Source: Octopus vulgaris
Lineage: Eukaryota
Assembly (NCBI GenBank): GCA_951406725.2
Contig: OX597817.1
Span: 151,218,001-151,282,000, forward strand
Reading direction: 5' to 3'
Length of the DNA stretch: 64,000 bases
Shown piece by piece: positions 1 to 14,858 of this stretch. The notes under the pieces were generated by a model. That model was not told the origin of the DNA, did not search any database, and saw only the letters and a program-made list of their open reading frames with translations. Positions within the stretch are counted from its first letter, which is position 1. The number at the start of each line of letters is the position of its first letter. Made by a program: the position numbers and the translations under genes.

Positions 1-61
1 CCTCGTCGTCGTAACCGACGGAGTGTCTCCTCCAACTAAGAAGAAAAGCAATTCAAAATTA

Positions 62-385
62 CAAGGTGTATACCAAAAGTTTCGAAACTTTTTCAAGAAA
101 GATATTTATTTATTTCTAAGACGTATGAAACTCTAATCTCCTTCATAGTAGATTTCTCTGACTTTAATGCGCTTGTTCTTTCATTCCAACCACTTCGTCA
201 AGGTCCCATGGAACGATAATCCACGAGGTTCTCCTTTAGTTTGAGGAACAGCCAAAAGTCACAAGAAACAAGGTATGAACTACTGGAAGGGTGAGGGGCA
301 GTTTTGATGCTCATCTCTGTCAAGTTGGTTACCAGGATGGAACTGTAGACTGGTGCATTGTCCTGGTGCAGGAGCCACCAACCCG
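62..385 (-). mobile_element. mariner 3' fragment
   Basis: Minus strand reads IKTAPHPSSSSYLVSCDFWLFLKLK (decayed PHPPYSPDLAPCDFWLFPKLK). TIR-like CAAGGTGTATACCAAAAGTTTC follows a TA. Confidence 0.6.
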
Positions 386-631
386 AATAGAAGAGGGCAT
401 CAAGGGAAGTGGGGAGGGAAACACCACAAAAATGGTAAATGGGTAAATGGTTTACGGCACAAAAGAAATCACTTTAAACTTGCTAAAATAATATTTGAAG
501 TGGTTTATATGATTAGAAATATAATTTCGAAGTGTTCGTCGTGTCATAGCAAGGATCTGATAGAAGATTTTGCAGTTAAAAAACGTAGAAAACTTTTCAA
601 ATATAAATAAAGTTGAAGTATATGAAAATAA

Positions 632-907
632 GTGGAGGCACATGACCTAGTGGTTAGAGCATCGGACTCGCGGGTTCGAATCTCAGACCGGGCGATGTGT
701 GTGTTTATGAGCGAAACACCTAAGCTCCACGCGGCTCCGGGTGAAGGTAATGGCGAACTTCTGCTGACTCTTTCGCCACAACTTTCTCTCGCTCTTTCCT
801 CTTGCAGCTCACCTGCAACGGACCGGCGTCCCGTCCAGGTGGCGAACCTATACGCCGAGAAACCGGCCTTTATGAGCCAGGCATAGCTCGAGAAGGAACA
901 AACAAAC
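632..907 (+). mobile_element. tRNA(Arg)-derived SINE, family A (second copy 24920-25214)
   Basis: A-box/B-box head (TAGTGGTTAGAGC...GGTTCGAATC), (AAC) tail. TSD ATATGAAAATAA here and AATTAAGCAATA at the second copy. Confidence 0.85.
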
Positions 908-1154
908 ATATGAAAATAAACATTATTTTCTATTTTACTGTTAGTTTTGTCTCATTTTGAAAAATTAAAATTAATATTATGGTTCATTATTGTTTATATT
1001 TTGAATTACATATATATGGGGGCACCAAAATCTTTTAAGTGCACAGGGTCTCTATAGGTCTCCATCCAGCTCTACTTTGAGCACATTATTAATCGGGGCA
1101 AATACCTTCTACTCTCAAACTTCTCAGACAAACGAACTCGGAATGTATCACTGA

Positions 1155-1535
1155 CTAGCAGTATCGCCCGGCGTTGCTCGGGTTTGTAAGGGAAATAACT
1201 ATAAAGCATTTTTAGAGAGTTATAGCCAAAAAATAGCAAAAAAATGGAAAAATATGATGGTAAATGTTTTTGAGAGTTAAAAAGGTCGAGTTGCGTCCCC
1301 TAGACAGTCTGTGGTTTGTGTTTCTGATTCTCGACCCCATGTCGAATTTATCGATTTTTTTTCAGAACTGGGGGAACTTTTCAAAATTTTCGCTGCGTTA
1401 GTTTTGAATTATGACATTGGGCTATGTGTGTATCAAGTTTCATCAGAATCGGTTGAAAGCCGTGGTCAGGGTGAGGGTACAACCTAACAGACACACAGAC
1501 ACACACACAGACAAACTGCCGTTTATATATAGAGA
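1155..1535 (-). mobile_element. Non-autonomous Helitron
   Basis: Minus strand: A|TC start, subterminal hairpin CCCGAGCAACGCCGGG, CTAG|T end, no TSD. Confidence 0.75.
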
Positions 1536-1865
1536 TGTAAGAGTTCTAGCTGGGAATCATGTCATACAAGGAGATATCATCTCTCCGAAGTTCTTTACAG
1601 TATGTCTTGAAATTGTCATGAGAAACATCATCATTACCGGCGTGCTACTAACTTCCCTTCGCAGACTACAACGTATTTTTCGCAGAAATCTCAGATATAT
1701 ATATCTTTTATATATATATCTTTTAAATTCGTTCATGGTAACGTTAAGCGTATGCAGATAAAACTCCTATTTCATTATGCCAGCTACCGTCTAATGATAC
1801 TGACTAGTGAGTCAATATTTCGAGGTTGCATCCATGTTAATACCGATATAATGTAGGATAAATAT

Positions 1866-2251
1866 GATGGAAGCACTCCGTCGGTTACGACGGCGAGGGT
1901 TCCGGTTGATCCGATCAACGGAACAGCCTGCTCGTGAAATTAACGTGTAAGTGGCTGAGCACTCCACAGAAACGTGTACCCTTAACGTAGTTCTCGGGGA
2001 TATTCAGCGTGACACAGAGAGTGACAAGGCCGGCCCTTTGAAATACAGGTACAACAGAAACAGGAAGTAAGAGTGAGAGAAAGTTGTGGTGAAAGAGTAC
2101 AGCAGGGATCACCACCATCCCCTGCCGGAGCCTCGTGGAGCTTTAGGTGTTTTCGCTCAATAAACACTCACAACGCCCGGTCTGGGAATCGAAACCGCGA
2201 TCCTACGACCGCGAGTCCGCTGCCCTAACCACTGGGCCATTGCGCCTCCAC
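1866..2251 (-). mobile_element. tRNA(Arg)-derived SINE, family B (also 11291-11661, 39685-40069, 61449-61781, fragments elsewhere)
   Basis: tRNA-like head with a TCG anticodon-like loop. TSD AGGATAAATAT. The 39685 copy has TSD GGTTGGTATAGTG. Confidence 0.88.
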
Positions 2252-2555
2252 AGGATAAATATAATAACAATAATTCTAGGATGGAATTTTAAAGTTTTTA
2301 CTGCATCGCTACGCGCGTTTCCACATACTGGCAAGAATGGATAAACATCCTTCTGTGATTCACCCACTAATGCAGTATTGCGTGATGAAATGAATCAATG
2401 ACGATGATCAACAGGATAAGTACAGATACTACGGACTATACTGTAATCACTCCAAGGATACGGACTCTGATGATAAAGTCATGTGATTTGTGGAAACGTG
2501 CGTAGCGATGCATTAAATACTTATAAATTTCATCCTAGAATTGTTGTTGTTGCTC

Positions 2556-2557
<2 letters not shown>

Positions 2558-2642
<85 letters not shown>

Positions 2643-2689
2643 CCTACCTACCTACCTACCTACCTACCTACCTACCTACCTACCTCTAC

Positions 2690-2776
<87 letters not shown>
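2558..2776. repeat. (ATCT)n/(ACCT)n compound microsatellite
   Basis: Direct reading. Confidence 0.95.
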
Positions 2777-3241
2777 AACGTTTGAGAATAAATTATTTCC
2801 GTATCTTTCAATACATTTCAACGCTTCTAACGCAAACTTTGTTTACTTTCATCGTATTAGTTTAACGCTCGGGAAGTGAGAAATTCTTTTACGTTTCGAG
2901 CATACGCTCTTTGACAGAAAGGAACACAGAAATAAACAGGGAGAGGGGGAAAAAAGGTTTAGTGGTTACACGCATGTGTAGTATGAAGCTTGCTTCTCAA
3001 CTACATGGTTCCAGCTTTAGTCTCATTGCGTGGGACCTTGGGCAAATGTCTTCTACTATAGCCCCGGACGTATGTATGTATGTATGTATGTATGTATGTA
3101 TGTATGTATGTATGTATGTATGTATGTATGTATGTATGTATGTATGTATGTATGTATTGACATTCTGCTATACCAAGGAGAATTCCTTGTTTGCTTCTAC
3201 ATGCACAAACAAATCTATTTTACATTTAATGTTTTTGTTGT

Positions 3242-3790
3242 AAGGCGGCAAGCTGGCAGAATCGTTAGCACGCCGGGCGAAATACTTAGCGGTATTTCGT
3301 CTGTCCTTATGTTCTGAGTTCAAATTCCGCCGAGGTCGACTTTGCCTTTCATCCTTTCGGGGTCGATTAAATAAGTACCAGTTACACACTGGGGTCGATG
3401 TAATCGACTTAATACCTATGTCTGTCCTTGTTTGTCCCCTCTGTGTTTAGCCCCTTGTGCGTAATAAAGAAATAGGTATTTCGTCTGTCCTTATGTTCTG
3501 AGTTCAAATTCCGCCGAGGTCGACTTTGCTTTTCATCCTTTCGGGACCAATAATTAAGAACCAGTTGCGTACTGGGGTCGATCTAATCGACTGGCTCCTC
3601 CCTACAAATTTCGGGCCTTGTGCCTAGAATAGAAAAGAATATGATTCTGTTGTTCATTCCATCGAGGTCAACTTTGCATTTCATCCTTTCGGAGTCGATA
3701 AAATAAGTATCAGTTGAACAGTAGGGTCCCTGTAATCGACGTACCCGCTTCACCCGAAATTACTGGCCTTGTACCAAAATTTGAAACCAA
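3242..3790 (+). mobile_element. Tandem multimer of family D SINE (Meta/MESC-like central domain); similar arrays at 24096-24516(-), 50372-50955, 55047-55478; monomers at 15540, 21060, 25350, 58262
   Basis: Repeated GTCGACTTTGCCTTTCATCCTTTCGGGGTCGAT..AAGTACCAG core after a tRNA-like head, about 183-bp period. Confidence 0.8.
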
Positions 3791-3810
3791 TATACTTCTG
3801 TTGTTTGATT

Positions 3811-4330
3811 TTACAGATTTTTATCGATATCAGTAAGATATCGCTGATTCTTTTCGTATTTAATGATATTTCTTCTGCAGAGTTCGATTTCCTTTAAATG
3901 GGTGGTATTCATCAATCGATTGCGCTTCTCAGTAATTACTTCAGACCCCCATGAGAATCGACCTCTGATTTTAAACTCTAACGGGAAGGCATTTCTATAC
4001 AGCGTGGTGACAACATTATCGTACGTTGCTTCTAGGGCGTTGGTTTCATTTTCTACACGAAATGGCGCAAAATTGTTTCTGACCAAGACGGCGCACTGTT
4101 GATGAATATCTTTATTGTTGTTAAGTACTGTTCAATCATGTGGAAGAAAAGTTGTTATTTCTGTTTGTTAACGCGTAAGCGCAGCCAAATTCTGGAAGAC
4201 AGTATTCAATAAACATTCTCGAACATTATTTCATTCCATTACTTCAATATATCCTCTTGCTTGGAGTGTTCTGCTGTTATTAGTATCCCAGTAATCGTAT
4301 TCGGAGTTTTTGTAACGTTTGCAGTGTGCT
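3811..4330 (-). mobile_element. Highly decayed LINE ORF2 linker-region fragment (tentative)
   Basis: NNFAPFRVENETNALEATYDNVVT...RFSWGSEVITEKR resembles the endonuclease-RT linker of LINEs; the frame is interrupted upstream. Confidence 0.35.
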
Positions 4331-4388
4331 TTGGACATTTAGTTAATTAAAGAAACTGAGACTGTTACAAGCGATTTCTGCAGCAAGG

Positions 4389-4440
<52 letters not shown>

Positions 4441-4916
4441 GTTTATCATTTAAATATATCTGAGCATGTCTAGATATGCAACTATATGCATGAGAAGACA
4501 TACATAAGACAAAACATACAAATCTGCACACTTATATACATACGTACGTACATACCTACCTACCTACCTACCTACATACATACATACATACATACATACT
4601 TGCCTACCTACATACCTACCTACCTACCTACCTACCTACCTACCTACCTACCTACCTACCTACCTACCTACCTACATACATACATACTTACATACATGCA
4701 TACATACATAAATACATACAAAAATATCCTGGATCTAGGTTAGAAACCGGCTCTTTCTCTATTGGCAAGAAATCTTGAAATAAACTGAATAATGACATAC
4801 ATAATACGTACATACATGCATATGCACGCACACATACGCACACAAAGATTCTAAAATTTAAAGACTCTTAACAAGGTATAACATTTATTGATAGAATTTA
4901 TAAATCATGTAATACA

Positions 4917-4950
<34 letters not shown>

Positions 4951-4962
4951 CATACATACATA

Positions 4963-5412
4963 CAAAATGGATAGAGATGTAGGAAAAGCAGTAAAATGTG
5001 ACAACCGATGAAGACTTCGTGGAGTTAACGCCGATGATATCACCCACATCATAAGCAGGTGTCCGAAAATGTCATCACGGTATTATCTACCGATGAGACA
5101 TCATGTTGTAGCTAGGACACTCTATAATGCAATCCGTCGGAAGGATAACCCTAAAGACAAAGGAATAAGAACCTCTAGCATGGTAGAGCCACAGCCACTA
5201 ATAATAGAAAGAAGTACTGGTGGAATGTCCCAATGAAGACCTCAATAAAACGTAAGCACAACAGGCCTGATATAATGATTTGGGATTCATACATACAAAC
5301 AAAAATACCCTGTTGTTGATGTTGAAATTCCAATGAAGGAGCCTTTGATCTAGGTTAAAAACGGGTTCTTTCTCTATTGGCAAGAAATCTTGAAATAAAA
5401 CTAAACAATGAC
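4963..5412 (+). mobile_element. R4/Dong-clade (REL endonuclease) non-LTR retrotransposon 3' fragment
   Basis: Reads KCDNR*RLRGVNADDITHIISRCPKMSSRYYLPMRHHVVARTLYNAI...YWWNVPMKTSIKRKHNRPDIMIWD (decayed CCHC knuckle, RH, RPD motif), then a 3' UTR ending in (CATA)n. Extra 3' UTR copies at about 4720-4797, 5461-5572, 5585-5712. Confidence 0.8.
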
Positions 5413-5765
5413 ATACATACATACATACATACATGCATGCATACATGCATACATACATACAAAAATACCCTGTTGTTGATGTTGAAATTCCAATGAAGGA
5501 GCCTTGGATTTAGGTTAAAAGCGGGCTCTTTCTCTATTGGCAAGAAATCTTGAAATAAAACTGAACAATGACATACATACATATAAAAGATATCCTGTTA
5601 TTGATACTGAAATTCCAATGAACTAGGTTAGAAATCGACTCTCTCTCTATCTTGGCAAGAAATCTTGAAATAACACCTTGAAATAAAACAGAATTTATAA
5701 ATAATGTAATATATTCATGCATGCATACATACATGAATACATACATACATACATACATACATACA

Positions 5766-5823
<58 letters not shown>

Positions 5824-6099
5824 CACATAGACACACACACACACATATACATGCACACACACATACATATATATACGTCACACATACATATATATATATA
5901 TATACGTTTATCAATTCGCTTGCAGGATCCCTGATGTGAAATCGATTTGTGAAACAGATGTATTTCGGGATGGTTATTTTATTCATTTATTTATTTTTTG
6001 CCCGCCACCCCATGAAATGATCATCCCGAAATACAACAAAATTATATATATATAATGATAAATCTCAGAGCGAGTTATAAACAGTAGCGGTAACACATC

Positions 6100-6270
6100 G
6101 TGACGCATATTTGCCATTTGAATATGGCTAACCCCTAAGGGTGGATGCTACTGTAGTTTGTAGCCCCAGGAAGATATCTATAGCCAGCTGGAGGAGATAT
6201 CTTTCTGGGGCTACAAACTACAGTAGCATCCACCCTTAGGAGTTAGCCATATTCAAATGGCAAATATGCG

Positions 6271-6274
<4 letters not shown>
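6100..6274. repeat. Near-perfect inverted repeat (80-bp arms, 15-nt spacer)
   Basis: 6100-6179 versus reverse complement of 6195-6274: 2 mismatches. Confidence 0.95.
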
Positions 6275-6329
<55 letters not shown>

Positions 6330-6334
<5 letters not shown>

Positions 6335-6651
6335 TCAGTGGTTAGAGCGTCGAGCTTACGATCGTGAGGTTGTGAGCTCGAATCCCGGACCGGGCTGCGT
6401 GTTGTGTTCTCGAGCAAGGCACTTTATTTCACGTTGCTCCAGTTCACTCAGCTGTAGAAATGAGTTGCGACGTCACTGGTGCCAAGCTGTATCGACCTTT
6501 GTCTTTCCCTTGGATAACACTGGTGGCGTGGAGAGGGGAGGCTAGTATGCATGGGCGACTGCTAGCCTTCCATAAACAACCTTGCCCGGACTTGTGTCTA
6601 GGAGGGTAACTTTCTAGGTGCAATCCCATGGTCATTCATGACCGAAGGGGG

Positions 6652-6655
<4 letters not shown>
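6330..6655 (+). mobile_element. tRNA-derived SINE, family C (also 12243-12569(-), 61785-62123(-))
   Basis: TGGCTCAGTGGTTAGAGCG...TCGAATCCC head and shared body. The 12243 copy has TSD ACAGAAAGGCCT. Confidence 0.85.
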
Positions 6656-6715
<60 letters not shown>

Positions 6716-6716
<1 letters not shown>

Positions 6717-6910
6717 GGGAAGGTTTACGAAAATAAACAAAAGACGAAGGCAGGTGTAGTACAAACAAACAATGTATTAGTATGGCGCTCAGGAATAGAA
6801 ATAAAACAAGTCTTTTACGTTTCGAGCCTACGCTCTTCGACAGAAAGATACACAGAAAAGAAACAAGGAGAGAAAAAAATTGCGTGTAGTGGCTAACGAT
6901 CAAACATGGC
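6716..6910 (-). mobile_element. Penelope-like pseudo-LTR fragment (homologue 26566-26870; related 2850-2965)
   Basis: Repeated segment abutting (TA)n and carrying a minimal hammerhead motif. Confidence 0.6.
6811..6848 (-). ncRNA. Minimal type I hammerhead ribozyme motif (U6 variant)
   Basis: UCUUU CUGUCGA A GAGC-GUAG-GCUC GAAAC GUA AAAGA: stem I UCUUU/AAAGA, stem II GAGC/GCUC, palindromic ACGU stem III. Confidence 0.65.
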
Positions 6911-7346
6911 ATATATATATAGTTATCTCTCTCTATATATATAAATGTGTATACATATACGTATCTCTATATGTATCTATGTATGTATACGTGTGTATTA
7001 CATGTAGTACATAATCAATTAGATTATTCGGATCACGATCGTTAGGTCGCGAGTTTGATTTCTGGCGGCGCGTTCAGTCCTTGAGCAAGATACTTTGTTT
7101 CACGTTCTTCTAGTCCACTTAGCCGCCAAAAATGAGTTGTACCTGTAATTCGAAGGGCCAGTCTCCTCCCATTCTGGGTCACGCTGAATTTCCCGGACAA
7201 ATATGCTAAGGGTACTCGTGTTTGTGCTGTGCACGGTCACTTCCAAGTTAATTTCACAAGCAGGCTGTTCTGTTGATCGGATCACCTGGAACACATGTCG
7301 TCGTAACCATAGCGTGCCATTAGGAAAAAACAAAACAAAAATACAC

Positions 7347-7464
<118 letters not shown>

Positions 7465-7724
7465 CTATTTATTTATTCAAAAAATATAGGATGGACTAAC
7501 AGAGTATAAGAATCAAAAGAGCAGATGATAAAAGAAAAGAAAATAATCGACGGATAACATCTGTGTACCATCACTTTATAAGGCATACATATCTTAGATA
7601 CAGTATTGTTAAAATATGCAAAAAAATAATAATGTATATATTTGAGAGGGAAAATGTAGAGGAAAAATACCAACTGTGTTAGCATCCAGATTAGGAAGAG
7701 GAGAAGAGGGAGGAAGGGAAGGAG

Positions 7725-7767
<43 letters not shown>

Positions 7768-9278
7768 TTTCTGGACAATATTTTTTATATTTTCAGCCTG
7801 TGAGTGATTTAGAATTCCGTAATATGTACTATTTAGATGGTTAATTTTCAAAACGAAAACATCAATATGAAGAATTTATCAGAAATCCACAAAGAGCATC
7901 ATTTAGAACTTACAAAATATTGTTTCACAAATGCGATCAAGTTCTTATCTTAAAGTTTTTAGCACCTTCATCATTTAGCCCTCCAAACGCGCAGTGACAG
8001 AGTGGTAGTATATATTTTCTCTGAATATCTAAAAGAATGCTTATGTAGTGTGTATCTATTCTTGAAGGTAGTCTCTTGAATTAATACGTTCACTGTGGTT
8101 TGCTAACTTCACATAAACACTGGGACATTATTCATTAAGCGAGTGTGAGTTAATACTGTGACAATTACATTGGTTTTGAGTATTTGATAATCATCATAAT
8201 AATTTATCCACTGCTATTTTAAATATAAAAGGTTTTCCTTTTTTTTTTTGTAGAAACTGCTCCTAATTATTTAAGTGTTTAATTATACACACAACACAAA
8301 CATATACGAACCAACGAGGTAATTCATACACGATCGCTTGACTTGCCAGAAACATAAGTCGAATCTCTGAAACCATACCCTATAACGGATGATCTAGTCC
8401 TAGACGAGATGGCCAAGGCTAGAACACCTTCAGTCATAGGCCCGAACTGTCAGAGCTGACATGGAACCCTGGCAACAACAATAACAACACCAACAACAAA
8501 ACGTTTACATGCAGAAATTCGTAAACATGCCATCGTATACGCGTTAATATACGTATAATAACACAGATATATACACATAAATACAATGTTCGATACACAC
8601 ACACACGCACACACAAATACTTATACAAACACATAAACACAAATATTTTACATACACAATTACAAGCACACATTCACGCACACACATGAATTATATACAT
8701 AAATATGATGTGATACACAAACAAGCCCCATACACGTATACAATAGAAACACGCAAGCACATACAAAAAGAAAGTTATTGTATACAACTATTTCTTTCAA
8801 TATCACCATAAACACGTATCATTCATATCCGTGAATTGAACGAAAGCTTTAAGACAAAGCGTTACCTGCTTCTGTTGTTGCTAACGACGCCAGTTGATTA
8901 TATTCCCAACGTATTGTCGTTTAGCCGTTTACCCACAATTCAATGCGACAATTCAGCCACAAGTTGTCATTAATACAATATTGATAAACCGACTTCTTTT
9001 CTTCTTTTGTAGTAGCTACTAATTATTATAGGATTTCCATAGCCAGTAAGCAGTGATTGATACCATTAAGTGATTTGTTTGTTTGTGGTAACAGACGTGA
9101 GAGATCCGCTGAAGTTTAGCAGTCAGTGGTCAGAGAACGTAACAAAAATTTCAACGATTTTTTTTTTACGTTACTGAGGATCAGATGCGGGAAACTCGTG
9201 GTTGAGACTCAGACAGACTAAACTTTGAATAAATAATGTGTGTCTGTGTGTGCGGGTGTGTGTCTGTGTATGTGTATG

Positions 9279-11052
<1,774 letters not shown>

Positions 11053-11822
11053 AGAGAGGTACATACACAAATTCAATGACGAAAATGTCTAGGAATTAGG
11101 GATTCGCTAAGGTCCCATGAGCGTAATGTTGGCAGTATAGGGACTATAAGCACACCCACTCCATGAGCTGACAAGTAGAGGAATGCCGTCTCCTTGGCTA
11201 CCGTCTATTTCCATCACTACTCTTCTTTATTTATACATATAATTATATGTACATATAGTTTGTATGCTTATATGAATATATCTATATGCAGGGAAGCACT
11301 CCGTTGGTTACGACGATGAGGGTTCCGGTTGATCCGAATCAACGGAACAGCCTGCTCGTGAAATTAACGTGTAAGTGGCTGAGCACTCCACAGACACGTG
11401 CACCCTTAACGTAGTTCTCGGGGATATTCAGCGTGACACAGAGGGTGACAAGACCGGCCCCTTGAAATACAGGTACAGCAGAAACAGGAAGTAAGAGTGA
11501 GAGAAAGTTGTGGTGAAAGAGTACAGCAGGGATCACCACCATCCCCTGCCGGAGCCTCGTGGAGCTTTAGGTGTTTTCGCTCAATAAACACTCACAACGC
11601 CCGGTCTGGGAATCGAAACCGCGAGTCCGCTGCCCTAACCACTGGGCCATTGCGCCTCCACATATATCTATATATACGTGTATCGAAGCATGGGTATATG
11701 AATACACACGTGCGCGCGCACTCGCACATACACACACACATGTACATGTATGTATGTATGTATGTAAGTATGTATGTATGTATGTATGTATGTATGTATG
11801 TATGTATGTATGTATGTATGTA

Positions 11823-11865
<43 letters not shown>

Positions 11866-12029
11866 ACGTTAGTTTCGAAGCATTATTCAACACTTTTTAC
11901 TAGAAAACATGTTTAATAAACTTTTAGAAAACAAGTGTGACAGTAACTTCGAAGTTTTGCCTTGCTAGTCTTTATTAGACCTTGATAGATCGATCGATAG
12001 ATTGATGGATAGATACATACATAAAGCCA

Positions 12030-12842
12030 GACTGTAACAGCTAACGGAGCCCTCTCCAAGGGGACATTAATAGAAAGTGGTTTGCCACAGGGAACTGTAT
12101 TGGGGCCACTACTGTTCATGGTGGCTCTTTCAGACATGCCATCAGTTACACAGATAGCCACACTTACTAGCTATGCCGACGATACGAAAGTAGTACAAGC
12201 AGTCAAGGAACCTTCTGTTGTTAATCTTCTACAGAAAGGCCTGCTGAGACCCCCTTCAGCCATGACTGACCATGGATTGCACGTAGAAAGGCACAAGTCC
12301 GGGCAAGGTTGTTTATTGAAGACCAGCAGTCGCCCATGCATACCGGCCTCCCCTCTCCACGCCACCAGTGTTATCCAAGGGAAAGGCAAAGGGGCCGATA
12401 CAGCTTGGCACCTGTGATGTCGCAACTCATTTCTACAGCAGAGTGAACTGGGGCAACGTGAAATAAAGTGTCTTGCTCAAGAACACAACATGCAGCCCGG
12501 TCCGGGTTCGAACTCACAACCTCACGATCGTAAGCTCGACGCTCTAACCACTGAGCCATGTGCCTTCACACAGAAAGGCCTAGATGCCATATATAAATGG
12601 GCTGAGGACAACATACAATTTAATGCAGGCAAATTCCAAGACCTTCGCTACCAGCTAATTGGTGCTCAGAAGTCACAAGAACGATACTTTGGACCAAAAG
12701 GAGCAGCAATCCTAGAATCACATACAGTGCGTGATCTTGGGATTGATATGAGCAGCGATACCTCATTTCACATGCATGTCACCAAGACAGTGGCAGTGTG
12801 CAGGTGAATGGCCGGATGGATTCTGAGAACCTTCAGAGCACT
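12030..12842 (+). mobile_element. CR1/L2-group LINE reverse transcriptase fragment interrupted by a SINE
   Basis: SGLPQGTVLGPLLF...SYADDTKV...LLQKGL[SINE]DAIYKWAEDN..FNAGKF...VRDLGI. Confidence 0.9.
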
Positions 12843-13347
12843 GCAGGGTATCGGAGCAGACGTAGCCTGGGTCTGAAGCGGGTGCTACTTAACCCATAGC
12901 TGGGACCTTAACAGGTGCTACAACTGCAGATCAGAGTAAATCTAGGAACAATAGCGGTTAAGAAGTAGTTCCACACTCCCCTAAGCCTTGAAACTCCCGT
13001 ACCGAGGCCCCACCACCGGATGCGGTTTAAAGTCTTACCCAGGTCATTCTGTTGCATTGTTACTCAGCCGTGCAGGTATTTGCAACATTAGTGAATGTGC
13101 ATTCATTGTTTGCCTACGCCAGTGGCAACAGATTTCGTCATATCCTGCTGCGAGTACATGCTATTGACAACATTCAGTGAGGTAAATATGTGTATCTAGC
13201 ATTCGCATTGTCCGCAGCTGGATGATTTTCATCTGCTTCCGATGTATATCGCGTTTTTAAACATGGCACGTCCATAAGAGATATTATCTCCGGACCAAAA
13301 CCGCTGTAAATTTGCCTTTTTGCGATGCATTTTCATTAAGTATGGAA

Positions 13348-13419
<72 letters not shown>

Positions 13420-13535
13420 GTCTGTCTGTCTGTCTGTCTGTCTGCCTGCCTGCCTGCCTGTCTGTCTGTCTGTCTGCATATATATCCTTTCATATATGAG
13501 TGTATAAAAATATATATGACAGGACTTCATACAGG

Positions 13536-13596
<61 letters not shown>

Positions 13597-13971
13597 CTAG
13601 CAGTATCGCCCGGCGTTGCTCGGGTTTGTAAGAGAAATAACTATATAAGCATTTTTAGAGATGTAAAGTATAATAGCCATCTCAATATGGCTATCCATTT
13701 ACGTTCTGAGATTTAATAATACATTTTTAGAGTGTTACTTCCCTTATATATACCGAGCGAAAATGCATTAAAAATGCGGAAAAATTATGGTAAATTTTTT
13801 TTTAAATCGTAGACTCATCGTAGACGCGCGCTAATACCCAGAAGGGCTCGATATGAATCACGACTATAAGATACCCGGTTTTGGTTACACTGCACCGCAA
13901 AATGTGGGAGTAGTTAGGAATCTAAATCGTAGGAGACAGACACCACACAACCTCACTTTTATATATATAGA
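13597..13971 (-). mobile_element. Non-autonomous Helitron
   Basis: Same hairpin + CTAG|T end and A|TC start as 1155-1535, different interior. Confidence 0.75.
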
Positions 13972-14738
13972 TATATATGCATGTATATATATGTATCAAA
14001 TATGTGTGAACATTAGCGTCGTTAATTATATGTATTAAAAGCGCCAGTTCACTGCTTTTCCTATAACGGGAACTGATGTGAAGTGCTAGTGTACTGGCCT
14101 CTGAAAACCTGTTTGATATCACCGGCAGAAATGCCCTGCCTTGTTGGGTGTTAAGATGCCGTACCACCGTACTGTATATACAGCTGGTGCTTTATTTGAC
14201 TGGACATCGAGAATCAAGTTTGTCGCTGTTTTCCTGCTGGCTGAACGTCGCGGGTCACCATTGTAACATAAAAGTCCGGATGAGTTTTCGTGTGTTGGTA
14301 TAGCGATATACTACCGCGTGTTGTCCCATAATAAATTGAAACCGTTGTTGTTTAATTAACATTTATTGTTGTTGAAGTATATTACAATGTTTACATTTTT
14401 TACATTGTTGTTTGCTAATCGCTTATAGCGGTATGCTATAAACTAACGTAGATGATAATTACATTACTGACGGAAGAGATTAGCCTCGCGCGTGAGACGG
14501 GAATAATATTCTGTCCATCCTAGTCGAAGAACCCTTTAACTCGGGACTGAGTTTCAGCCAAAGAAACTTGTTGATTTCAAATACTTGTTACTTCTTCCAA
14601 AGTGTGCCATTCTTATTTGTTGACGCGCACTGCTGCTTGCATAATCCAAAAGCGCGAACACTAGTGGTACAAAATAGAGTATTCTATAATATGGGGTGAT
14701 TTCCGGCAAGCTGATTGGTTAATATACATATATAATGC

Positions 14739-14858
<120 letters not shown>

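Noticed and set aside
632-700. tRNA-like A/B boxes here and at 6330, 24921 etc.
   Set aside because: SINE heads with bodies, tails and TSDs; no complete cloverleaf, so not called tRNA genes.
1915-2167. Near-identical ORFs recurring at 1.9, 11.3 and 39.7 kb ([11 protein letters not shown]...)
   Set aside because: Chance frames within family B SINE copies, not a gene family.
5300-5712. Repeat-spacer appearance reminiscent of CRISPR
   Set aside because: Eukaryotic context; units are retrotransposon 3' UTRs of over 100 bp separated by microsatellite, and no cas genes are present.
14040-14660. CpG-rich unique segment, possible exon or LTR-element remnant
   Set aside because: No recognisable protein motif or convincing splice pair; left uncalled.
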